DNA from: Octopus bimaculoides
Taxonomy: Eukaryota
Direction: 5' to 3'
Assembly (NCBI RefSeq): GCF_001194135.2
Contig: NC_068981.1
Location: forward strand, 3,004,676-3,068,675
DNA length: 64,000 nucleotides
A program made the position numbers and the translations under genes. The notes beneath the pieces were generated by a model. That model searched no databases. It saw nothing but the letters and a program-made list of their open reading frames with translations, and was not told where the DNA came from. This document shows, piece after piece, positions 13,146 through 25,442 of this stretch; position 1 is the first letter of the stretch; each line of letters opens with the position of its first letter.

Positions 13146-16100
13146 TGTAGACTGTGGATTGGTAGATTTGTTACAGTGACAAACAAAATGCGTCGCAGTA
13201 TTTCATCATCATTATCATCATCATCCTCATTTAACATTTGTTTTCCATACTGGCATGGTATGGACAGTTTGACCAGAGCTGGTATGGCCTGGGTCCACAC
13301 CAGGCCCCATTGTCTATTCTGGAACAGTTTCTATGGCTGGATGCCCTTCCTAATGCCACAGAGTGTACTGCGTGCTTTACATGTGACACCATCACCAGTA
13401 TTTATTCCGACTTATTATTATCATTGTTATTATTATTATTGTCATCGTCATCATCATTTAATGTCGGCTTTCCATGCTGGCATGGGTTGGATGGTTTGAT
13501 TGAGGACTGGTGAGCCAGAGGCTGCACCAGGCTCCAATCTGATTTGGCAGAGTTTCTACAGCTGGATGCTCTTCCTAATGCCAACCACTCCGAGAGTGTA
13601 GTGGGTGCTTTTATGTGCCACCGGCACGAGGGCCAGTCAGGTGGTTCTGGTAACGACCATGCTCAAAAGGTGTTTTTTACGTGCTACCTATGCAGGAGCC
13701 AGTCCAATGGCACTGGCAATGACCACGCTCGAATGTTGTTTTTCACATTCTACCGGCACATGTGCCGTTAAGACAACACTGGCAACGATCAGGCTCGAAT
13801 GGTGCTTTTTGTGTGCCACCGGCACGGGAGCCAATCCATATTATTGTTGAAGGTGGTGATTTTGTAGAATCATTACCACACACCAAGCAAGATGCTTAGC
13901 ATTATTTCATGTATCTTTATGTTCTGAGTTTAAATTCCGCCGAGGTCGACATTGCCTTTCATCCTTTCGGGGGTCAATAAATTAAGTACCAGTTGAATAC
14001 TGGGGTTGATGTCTTCAACTTATCCCCTCCCCGAAATTGCTGGCCTTGTGCCAAAATTTGAAATCATCATTATTATTATTAAGGCAGCAAACTGGCAGAA
14101 TCGTTAGCACGCCAGACAAAACTGCTTAGCAGTGTTTTATCTGTCACTACGTTATGAGTTCAAATTCCGCAGAGGTCGACTTTCCCTTTCATCCTTTCGG
14201 GGGGAGTCAATTAAATAAGTACCAGTTACGCACTGGGGTCAATGTAATTGACTTAATCCCTTCCCCCCAAATTTGAGACCTTGTGCTTCCAGTAGAAAGG
14301 ATTATTATTATTATTATTATTATTATTATTGCTAAGGTGGTAAGCTGGCAGCATTGTTAGCACACCGGACAAAATGCTAAGTGACATTTCATCTGTCTTT
14401 ACATTCTAAGTTCAAATTCCGCCGAGGGTCAACTTTGCTGTTCACCCTTTCAGAGTGGATAAAATAAGCACCAGTTGAGCGCCTCACCCACCCCCACACC
14501 CATATTGCTGGCCTTGTGCCAAAATGTGCCACCAATTTTACCTCACTTGTGTACACCTGTTTTCTCTTTAGCATCATGGCTATTCACAACATCAGCAAGT
14601 GTTCTATTCACTCTGAATATATCTATATTAAATATATTTGAAACCAATATTTCTTCTATAATCAAGACTACTTTTATTTTAAGTATCCTTTCATTTTTTT
14701 TTCAGATAACAGAGTCTGATTTCACTGCTATTTCTAGAAGTTTGGCACGCTTGTTGGCTTGTGCTCGTAGTTCTTATAAAACAAAACACCAATCTGAATA
14801 CAATAAAATCTTCTGTCTGACATTCCATCATCCCAAACATCTTTGATGATTCAGGAACCAAAACTCTAATTAATAAGTAGATTCCAACTGAATCACTTGA
14901 TATTCTTGGCAGAACCATGAAAGGAATGGAATAATTCCATCACTTGTCAGAATATCAATTACTCTTCTCATTAGTCACCATTGTTGTGATGAGAATGCAA
15001 ACGAGAAACTTCATAACTGACATGACCTTGAAATGGAACCAAAATTGGTTAATGTCTCCAGATTGTTTGGCTGTAATATTGAATCATGATGTCCTATTTA
15101 GGAAACGGTTTTCTCACTGGTGAAGTCATTCATTGAAATATTTATAAAATTAAAAGAAATTTGAAGATGCATGTTTAATATTTTTCCCCCCTTACAACAT
15201 TGACCTTAAAATTTCTAGTCATAAGTAAATCCTGTAAAACATCTTCAAACTTCTAACCTTGCTGTGACCAAAATAAATGTAATTATCTCCCTTACAATAA
15301 CTAGCCACTAGGGCACATCAAGTTGTCATCATCATCATCATCATCTTCATCTAAAGTTCATTTGGGATGGTCAGCTTGACAGGAACTGGTGAGCCAAAGG
15401 GCTGCACCAAGCTCCAATAGTCTGTTTTGGCATGGTTTCTACAGACAGATGCCCTTCCTAACACCCATTGCTTCACAGAGTGTACTGGGTGCATTTTACA
15501 TAGCATCAGCATGTTTTGTTATTTGTGAGGCACAGGTGTGGCTGTGCGGTTAAGAAGTTTGCTTCCCAGCTATGTAGTTTTGAGTTCAGTCCCACTGCAT
15601 GGTGGCTTGGACAAGTGTCTTCTCCTATGGCCCTGACCTGACTAAAGCTTTGTGAAAGGATCTGGTATGCAGAAATGAAAGAACCTCAGTGTATGTATGT
15701 ATGTATGTGTGCATGGTTGTGTGTGTGAGTGTGAGTGTGTGTGTGTGTGTGTCTTTGTCTTGACATCACATGATGGAGGTAAACAAAGAGCATTGTCATA
15801 CAATGCATGAGGTTTTAAGGAAAATATTTATTTTTACCGTTACATTGTATATACCTTGCCTCAACGGGCAGGTGATAAAATCCTAGAGTGTGAGAAGTAA
15901 AAAAGTTAATTTCAGCCTGTGTGTTCTTATTGTAGTAGTAAACCATAGAGAGAGATATGGTAATGTGCAGAGAAGAGAAAGCGAGTTAGTGAGAGAGTGT
16001 GGGATGAAACAACTGCTCCATTGATAAGTTACCATAGTTGTTCTCTTTGTGCCCTTTTCTTTTGAGACAGCGTTTGTTTAGCCTGTCAGCCAGACTCCAT

Positions 16101-17481
16101 TCTCACTGAGCTGTCAGCAACTGACTGAGTTGTCACCAAATGACTAACTGGTTTTTGCTTGGGGGTTCTTGTTTTTGTAACTATCCAGAAGGATGGACAT
16201 ATCGTTGAGAACAATGGACTTCATTGGTGGTACTTGTTATCTGAATTCTAGCTTTTGGTAACTTATAAGAGGTTAGAAGGGTCAAGTGCTGGAGACATTA
16301 TTTCGGCCTAGCCAAGGCATCTGGAAAATGTAAACGGCTGTCACAGAAAAATTATTGTTTCACCATGAGAAAAGTTTTGTTGAAGTGTTAATTTAAATTT
16401 GGCTATGGTGGATCAAATCCACTTCATGCCTGCAAGATCCACTACAGAAATATTATATTGCTTGGAAACAAGTGAGAGTTGGCTACAGGAGGGACAACTG
16501 GCCATAGAAAATTTGCTTCAACAAAGCATGGGAAAATGGATGTTAAAACAATGATGATGATGATGAATGTATGTATGATTACATTATCCAGCATGTCCTT
16601 CCCTTTTCAAGATGATCCAGGAGAAATTTGGCTGCTATTTCTAACAGTTCGATTGGCTACTTAGAAGCTCTCTTGGTTCAATGGTGTTGCTAATGCGCTT
16701 TCCTTGTTCTTCCTTCAAAAACTAAACAATACAGAAGATATGGTTGCTATTCACTCTAAGTGGTCGGTCAACGTGCTAGAAATAACAGCTTAATCTATTG
16801 TTTGTTCAACATCTGTTAAACAACTGAAAATTGATAGTCAATTTCTTTTACTCTGTTTAAATCATCATCATCATCATCATCATCAAATCATTTCCTCCAT
16901 GCTTGCCTGAATTGGACAAGCAATATTAATTTAATCTAAATTGATATTGTTGGCGTTAAGAAGTCTCTGGATCCCACTGCTGTTGCATGGTTCATTATTT
17001 TCAGTTCTAATAAACCTCATTTGTATTATCAGAAAGCTTCATTACATCATTAAAATTATTAACGATGGTTGTCATTTAGCCCTGAGTCAGACCTGGTCAA
17101 GCAGACTTATGATCAAAGACGTTCTAGCTTTGACCATCTCAACTGTTTTATATAAACTCATGACTGCATTATCCATTTATCTTCATCATCATCATCAACA
17201 TTGTTTAACGACCCTTTTTCCATGCTGGCATGGGTTGGACAATTTGACAGGAATAGATGAACCAGAGAAGTATGCCACTCTCCAATGTCTCCTAGACACT
17301 CTCCAATGTCGGCCTTGACACATTTCCTGTGTCCTTATAAGACTTGTCTCCCCCTTGTAAACATAAGGACACAGGAAATGTATCAAGGCCGACAGGAAGC
17401 AGTGCAGCTTCCTAGGTCTAACCAACAGTAGTATTATTCTCTTCAGGGGACTGTCACATTAAGTTGACAGCATACAATTAT

Positions 17482-17740
17482 CTCATCTTGTTTGTTGTTA
17501 ACACGTTTCGGTTGATATACCCTCCAGCCTTCATCAGGTGTCTTGGGGAAATTTCGAACCTGGGTTCTCATTCCTAAGGTATTTTTTGATGTTGTTGTTG
17601 TTATTATTATCATTATTATTATTATTCTGGTCACTGCTTGGAATCGAACTCGGAATCTTGGGGTTAGTAGCCTGCACTCTTAGCCACTACACCATATGAG
17701 GACAAATATCCATCAAATGTAAATAATGTACATAATTCCT
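17482..17740 (-). mobile_element. Composite short element, copy 2, with the hammerhead-like core intact
   Basis: The minus strand has A-box TGGTGTAGTGG, B-box GAGTTCGATTCC, (AAT)n, then ACAC-CTGATGA-AGGCTG-GAGGGTATAT-CAACC-GAAAC-GTGT (17541 to 17501). Confidence 0.7.
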
Positions 17741-18804
17741 CTTAAATATAGAGCTGTATCCTCTAATAAAAATCTGTGGATTCAACATATAAGGTATCGT
17801 CATCATCATCATCATTCAGCATCTGCTTTCCATGCTGACATGAGTTAGACAGTTTGAATAGAACTAGTAATCTGAAGAGTTGTACCAGGTTCCAATCTGA
17901 TCTAGCATGGTTTCTACAACTGGATGCCCTTCCTAACACTAACCACTCCAAGAGTGTAATAAGTGCATTTTACGTGCCACCAGCACGGGTGCCAGGTACA
18001 TGATGGTGGCATCGGCCACAAATGTGATTTCACTTGGCTTGACAAGTCTTCTCAACCATGGCATACTGCCAAAGGTCTCAGTCACTTTACACCTCTGTGA
18101 GGCCCAACATTCGAAGGATACTTTTTACGTGCCACCAGCACGGTGCGTTATGAGACACCAACATCGGCCATGACTATGGTCTCATTTGGCTTGATGGGTC
18201 TTTTCAAGCACAGCATTTTGCCAAAGGTCTCGATCCCTTGTCATTGCCTCCGTGAGGCCCAACATTCAAAGTAAATTTCATAAAACTTTATTTTATAAAA
18301 TAATTGTCATGTAAGTGAGATTGTTTGTTTCCAGTTTTCTGTGGAAAAACATGTCAGGTTCTGAGAAAATATTACTTTGCTTGGATTCTGGTGAAGGTTG
18401 GCAACAGGAAGGGTATTTGTCTGTAGAAAATCTGCTTCAACATATTCTGTCTGACCTTTACTAGCATGGGAAAAAGGACAGTAAAACGAGGATAATGATG
18501 AAACTAATAACACAGATTAAAAGAAAAAAAAAACTCAGAAAATCTATATTTCAAAATTTTATTTAAAAATCTCACTCCTGTGGACAAGATTTCCTCAGTT
18601 ATATATTACCGGTACTATATCATCCCAAGATGATCTCATCGATACAACAAGAACAAGAAATGGTTGTTTGGTCTTTCTTCCCTTTTGTACTTGGTTGGCA
18701 AGATTCTTGATGTGAATTCATATGTTGAAATAAATGTTGTTGTATTGGGAGGGTCATTAAACCAATAATAATAATAAATACATGCACTGGTTCAACATCA
18801 CTTC

Positions 18805-18810
18805 TTTATT
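18805..18810 (-). promoter_or_regulatory. Candidate polyadenylation signal (AATAAA) of BolA1
   Basis: tttatt on the plus strand, about 440 nt past the BolA1 stop. Positional inference only. Confidence 0.35.
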
Positions 18811-19250
18811 TTTAGTCAATTGGTTAAATATCTGACCAACTAAAAAAATTGATAGTTTGTTTAATGTGTTGTTTAAGTACCAGACTTAAATAAAGAATAT
18901 GTACTGGGGTTGATTTGTTTGACTAAAATTCCTCAAGGCAGTGCTCCAGCATGGCTGTAGTCTAATGACTGAAACAAGTAAAAGAATAGCAGAATAACAC
19001 AAGCTGGAGCAGTGGGTAGGGGGGGGGTGCCTTAACAATGAAATGGAGATGATATGAAACTGTTTTGTAGAATGAATCATTTAGAGGGATTCATGGAATT
19101 TAGTTTACTTTGAGGAAATTAAGTCTGTTTGTTGCTAAAATAGATGACATTTCCAACAAACATATTTTCTGCATACCAACAATATGATGTAGGTCAACAT
19201 TTACATAAAGTCTTAACGTTTGTTGAGGTTCGGTATTCAGGAAGAAATCA

Positions 19251-19334
19251 TTACCTGCTTGCATCACCGCCCATGCAAGGTGGAGATTTGTTAAAAGTAC
19301 CATTATTTTTAATCCATTCTTCAGAAGTATGAGC
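19251..19334 (-). CDS. BOLA1: BolA1 terminal coding exon 7 (AHTSEEWIKNNGTFNKSPPCMGGDASR*)
   Basis: TTTTTAATCCTAG acceptor. 84 nt ending in TAA. Carries the BolA1-specific SPPC.GG tail. The seven exons sum to 393 nt. Confidence 0.93.
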   Translation of the reverse strand, partial: AHTSEEWIKNNGTFNKSPPCMGGDASR

Positions 19335-20015
19335 CTAGGATTAAAAATATATAGAAAAAAAAGAGAGAGAGAGAGAGAAAGAAGTGTATTTCAACAGAAT
19401 ACATATTAACAGAGAAATGGAATACACACACACACGAACATATTACCCGTACAGCTCCTCTACAACAGCCTACTCTATCCCACACCCTTCTCTCATATTT
19501 TAGCCCCTCACTTGCAAGCATAAAAACTGACCTACAATTTCCTCAGGGTTCATAGTATTCTGAGCAGCACGGCCACCTCAACAATGCTGGTAGTATGAAA
19601 AAAGCTCCCAGTACATGATGTAAACTGGTTGGCATTAGGAAGAGCATCCAGTTGTAGAAATCAGGTCAAAACAGACGACTGGAGTCTGATGCAGTTCCTG
19701 GACCTGTCAGATCCTGTCAATCTGTCCAACCCATGTCAGCATGTAATATGGATGTTAAATGATGATTATATATAGAGAAATTCCAAGGAATCTAATGCTC
19801 ATAGCTTAGTTTTTTCTTGGAGCAATATCGAGAATAACCAGCAGAAATTGCAAAGATAATCTGGCTCTCAACTGAGGAAAGAAAACTCCGAATGACCTGT
19901 CCTTGTTTTCTTTGTATCGTCTATCTGGATGTTTTGTTGTTCCTTTCTTGTATCACCTAACTGTCTGGATATTTTGCGTTCTTGTCCCATTTTGTATGAT
20001 ATATATATATATATA

Positions 20016-20947
20016 NNNNNNNNNNNNNNNNNNNNNNNNNNNNNNNNNNNNNNNNNNNNNNNNNNNNNNNNNNNNNNNNNNNNNNNNNNNNNNNNNNNNN
20101 NNNNNNNNNNNNNNNNNNNNNNNNNNNNNNNNNNNNNNNNNNNNNNNNNNNNNNNNNNNNNNNNNNNNNNNNNNNNNNNNNNNNNNNNNNNNNNNNNNNN
20201 NNNNNNNNNNNNNNNNNNNNNNNNNNNNNNNNNNNNNNNNNNNNNNNNNNNNNNNNNNNNNNNNNNNNNNNNNNNNNNNNNNNNNNNNNNNNNNNNNNNN
20301 NNNNNNNNNNNNNNNNNNNNNNNNNNNNNNNNNNNNNNNNNNNNNNNNNNNNNNNNNNNNNNNNNNNNNNNNNNNNNNNNNNNNNNNNNNNNNNNNNNNN
20401 NNNNNNNNNNNNNNNNNNNNNNNNNNNNNNNNNNNNNNNNNNNNNNNNNNNNNNNNNNNNNNNNNNNNNNNNNNNNNNNNNNNNNNNNNNNNNNNNNNNN
20501 NNNNNNNNNNNNNNNNNNNNNNNNNNNNNNNNNNNNNNNNNNNNNNNNNNNNNNNNNNNNNNNNNNNNNNNNNNNNNNNNNNNNNNNNNNNNNNNNNNNN
20601 NNNNNNNNNNNNNNNNNNNNNNNNNNNNNNNNNNNNNNNNNNNNNNNNNNNNNNNNNNNNNNNNNNNNNNNNNNNNNNNNNNNNNNNNNNNNNNNNNNNN
20701 NNNNNNNNNNNNNNNNNNNNNNNNNNNNNNNNNNNNNNNNNNNNNNNNNNNNNNNNNNNNNNNNNNNNNNNNNNNNNNNNNNNNNNNNNNNNNNNNNNNN
20801 NNNNNNNNNNNNNNNNNNNNNNNNNNNNNNNNNNNNNNNNNNNNNNNNNNNNNNNNNNNNNNNNNNNNNNNNNNNNNNNNNNNNNNNNNNNNNNNNNNNN
20901 NNNNNNNNNNNNNNNNNNNNNNNNNNNNNNNNNNNNNNNNNNNNNNN
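20016..20947. other. Assembly gap (largest of six; others at 6264-6321, 10483-10533, 24844-25053, 39189-39378 and 43090-43363)
   Basis: N runs, most flanked by (AT)n, as expected of short-read scaffolding. Confidence 0.99.
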
Positions 20948-20982
<35 letters not shown>

Positions 20983-20999
20983 CACACACACATACATAT

Positions 21000-21160
21000 G
21001 CATGGTGGGATCACAGGCAGTTTGAGAGAAAAGGATTTTGTATGTAGTAGATGTACAAGAGTATTTACCAATAATAGTAGCCATGGAATGCATTCTTTAA
21101 ACGCCTGGTAGGATTCCACAGAACTGGTTGACATCTCTTGTTATTTAAACAACCTCATTT
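21000..21160 (+). mobile_element. Short RTE LINE remnant
   Basis: GITGSLREKDFVCSRC...ELVDISCYL resembles the RTE C..C / VDSFCYLG region. Confidence 0.5.
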
Positions 21161-23904
21161 ACAATGGAAGTAACTGTACTTAAATCACAGAGGCTAAAGC
21201 TATTAACTCTGCTGGCAGGAAAGAGTCTCTCACTTTGAAGGCAGACTGTATGGTGTTTGTGAGTGAAGTGTAATATTACAGGATACTGAAATATGAACAC
21301 TGCATGTGTAGAACCATTGACAAATGTCTTTTTCCTATGGTCATAGGCTGACCAAAGCCTTGTGAATACAAGTGATTGAGGAAAACTGTATGAAAGCTCA
21401 TTGTACAGGAGTATAGATGTAGCTATAGATGCAAGAATAGCTTTGTGGTGAGAAGTTCCTTTCAACAACATGGTTCCCGGTTCAGTCCCACTGCATAGCA
21501 CTCTCACAATCAAAGCCTTGTAAGTAGATTTGGTAAATGGAAACTGAAAGAAGCCCATTGTATGGTTGCAGTTTCTGCTATTTGGAATTGTTGGAAATCT
21601 TAGCGAAATCGTGCCCAGCATCGCCTTCCTGGCACTTGTGTCGGATGGCACGTGTAAAGAGTGAGATCGTTGTCAGTGCCGTCGAACTGGCTCCTGTGCA
21701 GGTGGCATGTAAAATACACCATTTTGAGCGTGGCTGTTGCCAGTACCGCCTGACTGGCCTTCGTGCCGGTGGCACGTAAAAACACCCACTACACTCTCAG
21801 AGTGGTTGGCGTAAGGAAGGGCATCCAGCTGTAGAAACTCTGCCAAATCAGATTGGAGCCTGGTGTCGCCTCCTGGTCCACCAGTCCTCAGTCAAATCGT
21901 CCAACCCATGCTAGCATGGAAAGCACACGTTAAACGACGACGATGATGATGATGATTGTTATTAATACATCAGATGAATTAAGGATCAAATGCTCACATT
22001 CTATCCGTACAACTTTCTTATATTAGAAAATTACTATTTTAAAATCTTATGAGAGATGTTCAACAACAGCACTTTGGAGTAAAGATTGTTTGCCAACATA
22101 ACATGGCACTCCTGGTTTAGGACGAATGTTGCTGTAATTTAGCCCCAGGAGACATCGTCTCAAGCTGGCTATACGACACAATTTGTGTCCTTATATTTTC
22201 GAACAAGGGAATCTAGCACCCCCACTCAGCTCAAAACAATATGTGTATCACGATTTATCCTATTCTGTTTTTATTCAAGTATTTATAGGTTAAGATTTCT
22301 GACACTGTGGTTATGGCTGTCTCTCCATATAAACTTCTTTTCTTTTACTTCCTCTCCTGTTTTTCCCTCTCCCCTGAAATTTCACAGAAACTTGAACTGT
22401 TCTCTGCAGTTTTCTTTAAGTTATTTTCTGTGGAATATAATTGGCTGGATCTCCCATAATTAAAGCTAATATACTATTAGTTCTGCATTACTCAGAGCAC
22501 TTTAATCAAGTAAAATTAAGTAAACGAATAAGTAACCCTGGAATTTATTAACCATGTCACTCCTTTAGTGCATTAAACAACATGACATAGAATATGTTTT
22601 CTTTTAGAAAAACATCAGAAACTATCTCCAAATATGTTTTGATAATGTAAAATATAATGCTTGGCACTTACTCTCTGCTGGTCTACAAACTTCAAGTATG
22701 TTTCAATAGTGTAAAATATCATACTTGGCACCTGTTCTCTGCTGATCTACAAGCCTGTTTTGCCAGAACCAGCCTTTATGAGCAAGATTGTTTAATGACA
22801 TCTCTAGAACAGAAATGCCTTTTCACTATTCTTTAATTTACGACCTCATTCTGCTAACCACCTTCGTGATTGATAAATTGCAGACTCACCTACTTTACAT
22901 TTCTTAGATGAACCAAATTCGATGACTGGCACCCATGCCAATGGAGTGCTAACAGCACCATCCGAGCGTGATGATTGCCAGAGCAGCTTTCTGGATTCTG
23001 TGCTAGTGGCCCGTAAATAGCACCATTTGAGCATGATCGTTACCAGCGTCGCCTTACTGGTACTTGTGGCGTTGGCACGTGAACAAAACATTTGAGCGAG
23101 GTTGTTGCCAGTGCCGCTGGACTGGCTCCTGTGCAGGTGGCACGTAAAAAACACCACCTGAGCGTGGCCGTTGCCAGTATCGCCTGACTGGCCCTTGTGC
23201 TGGTGGTACGTAAAAGCACCCACTACACTCTCAGAGTGGCTGGTGTTAGGAAGGGCACCCAGCTGTAGAAACTCTACCGAGACCCCCTTTGGTCATGAAT
23301 GACCTTGGGATTGCACCTAGAAGGTTATCCTCTGAGGCATAAGTCCGGGAAAGCTTGTTTTATGGAAGGTCAGCAGTCGCCCATGCATACCAGCCTCCCC
23401 TCTACACCACTAATGTTATCCAAGAGAAAGGTAAAGGCCGATACAACTTGGCGCCAGTGATGTCCACGACTCATTTCTACAGCTGAGTTAACTGGAGCAA
23501 CGTGAAATAAAGTGTCTTGCTCAAGAACACAACATGCAGCCTGGTCTGGGAATCGAAATCACAATCTCACGATCGTAAGCTCGACGCACTAACCACTGAG
23601 CCATGTACCTTCACAAGGATAAAAAGTACTAAAAAAACAGTACTGTATTTTGATGAAAATGATCCAAAAAGATTTGAAAAAATTAAAAGTAAACATTACT
23701 ATTGTTAAAATCTGATAAAAAAAATCCCATGAGACAAGGAAAGAAATTGGTCATAAGAGATGGGCACCCCAAAATGGGTAGAAGGTCAGTAAGAGGAACA
23801 GACTCAGTTTATTCTCTGTCTAAAATATTCATGATACTGTATGCAACTAAACAAGAGATATTTTTCTAGGTTGCCAACAAAAAATTATGAAACAATCTGC
23901 TTAC

Positions 23905-23973
23905 AGTTATAGAGAGGGCATGGACTCCACCTTCCAGTTCTTCTGACAAACACTGGTTAATTTTCCGATGTCT
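23905..23973 (-). CDS. BOLA1: BolA1 coding exon 6 (RHRKINQCLSEELEGGVHALSIT)
   Basis: TTCTGTTTGTAG acceptor and GTAAGC donor. 69 nt. Carries the BolA RHR and HALSI motifs. Confidence 0.95.
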
Positions 23974-24164
23974 CTACAAACAGAATAAACAATATCAATG
24001 AATAATTAACAGTAAAGGTAGAGTGTGACTAGTTGCAGGCATGGATGTATGGTTAAGTGCATACTTGCCGACTGAGTGGCACCTTGGGCAAGTGTCTTCT
24101 GCTATAGCCTCAGGCTGGCCAAAGCCTTGTGACGGAAACTGGAAGATGCCTGTTGTATAAGCTC

Positions 24165-24199
<35 letters not shown>

Positions 24200-25053
24200 T
24201 CCTTATCTAGACTTCACAATGACAGTAAATGAACATCATTGTCACACAAGTGAAAAACACAACCGTGCGTGCGTGCGTGCGCGTGTGTGTGCAAGCATGC
24301 ATGTGTACGTGCATGTGAATCTTTACATTCTGCATCTTTGCACAATTGTGTTCAGCTAAAAAGGCAGTGACCTTTGTTGATATTCTTTGCCAACAAAGTG
24401 CTTCTTAGCTGTGCACCATTGAAGAGAAGTAGAATTAAAAATCCCTTAAATGCAAAACAGATAAAGATTAGCAACAGAAAGGGGATCCAACTGTGATGTA
24501 TGGCTCAATAATACGAATTCATCAAATGAAGATGGCATGGAAAGATGGCAGAGTTTCTACAGCTGGATACCCTTCCTAACGCCAACCACTCCGAGAGTGT
24601 AGTGGATGCTTTTACGTGCCACCGGCATGAAGGCCAGTCAGGCGGTACTGGCAATGGCCACACTCAAAATGGTTTTTTACATGCCACCTGCACAGGAGCT
24701 TGTCCAGAGGCACTGGCAACAACCTCGCTCGAATGTTCTTTCACGTGCCAGTAAGGCGACGCTGGTAACGATCACGCACAAATGGTGCTATTTACGTGCC
24801 ACTGACACGGAAGCCAGACAGATGCTCTGGCAATGATCACACTNNNNNNNNNNNNNNNNNNNNNNNNNNNNNNNNNNNNNNNNNNNNNNNNNNNNNNNNN
24901 NNNNNNNNNNNNNNNNNNNNNNNNNNNNNNNNNNNNNNNNNNNNNNNNNNNNNNNNNNNNNNNNNNNNNNNNNNNNNNNNNNNNNNNNNNNNNNNNNNNN
25001 NNNNNNNNNNNNNNNNNNNNNNNNNNNNNNNNNNNNNNNNNNNNNNNNNNNNN

Positions 25054-25100
<47 letters not shown>

Positions 25101-25377
25101 ACCTTCCTTTAGCTTCCTTCAACCAAAAACACATGCAAGGCTTTGATTGACCCTGGCTATAGGAGATAACATTTGCCTGAGGTGTTGTACAGTGAGACTG
25201 AACCCAAGACTATATGTTTGGGAAACAAGCTTCTCAACCACACCAGCACACACACCACACATTCACATCGTCTTATACACAAGCACTCCTGCATGCATAC
25301 ACACACACACACACACACACACACTCACTCACACTCATACTCACGTACATACAAAAAATTGACGGATTTAGACTGAC

Positions 25378-25442
25378 CTGAACCAGACCAATACCATTGA
25401 AGTCATGTGACACAAGTACAACTTTGAAATGAGTTTCAGATC
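25378..25442 (-). CDS. BOLA1: BolA1 coding exon 5 ((G)SETHFKVVLVSHDFNGIGLVQ)
   Basis: TTTTTTTCAAG acceptor and GTCAGT donor. 65 nt, phase 1 to 0. Carries the GSETHFKVV.VS motif. Confidence 0.95.

Noticed and set aside
17627-17697. tRNA gene (also the other tRNA-like heads in the window)
   Set aside because: A and B boxes are present, but the acceptor and anticodon stems do not pair. These are SINE heads.
18600-18760. Possible exon downstream of BolA1
   Set aside because: No clean acceptor/donor pair on either strand and no recognisable peptide; it lies near the BolA1 3' end.
19868-21134. Long ORFs of 370-400 aa in the ORF track (likewise those at 24.8, 39.2 and 43.1 kb)
   Set aside because: They are artefacts of reading through N-gaps and (AT)n runs.
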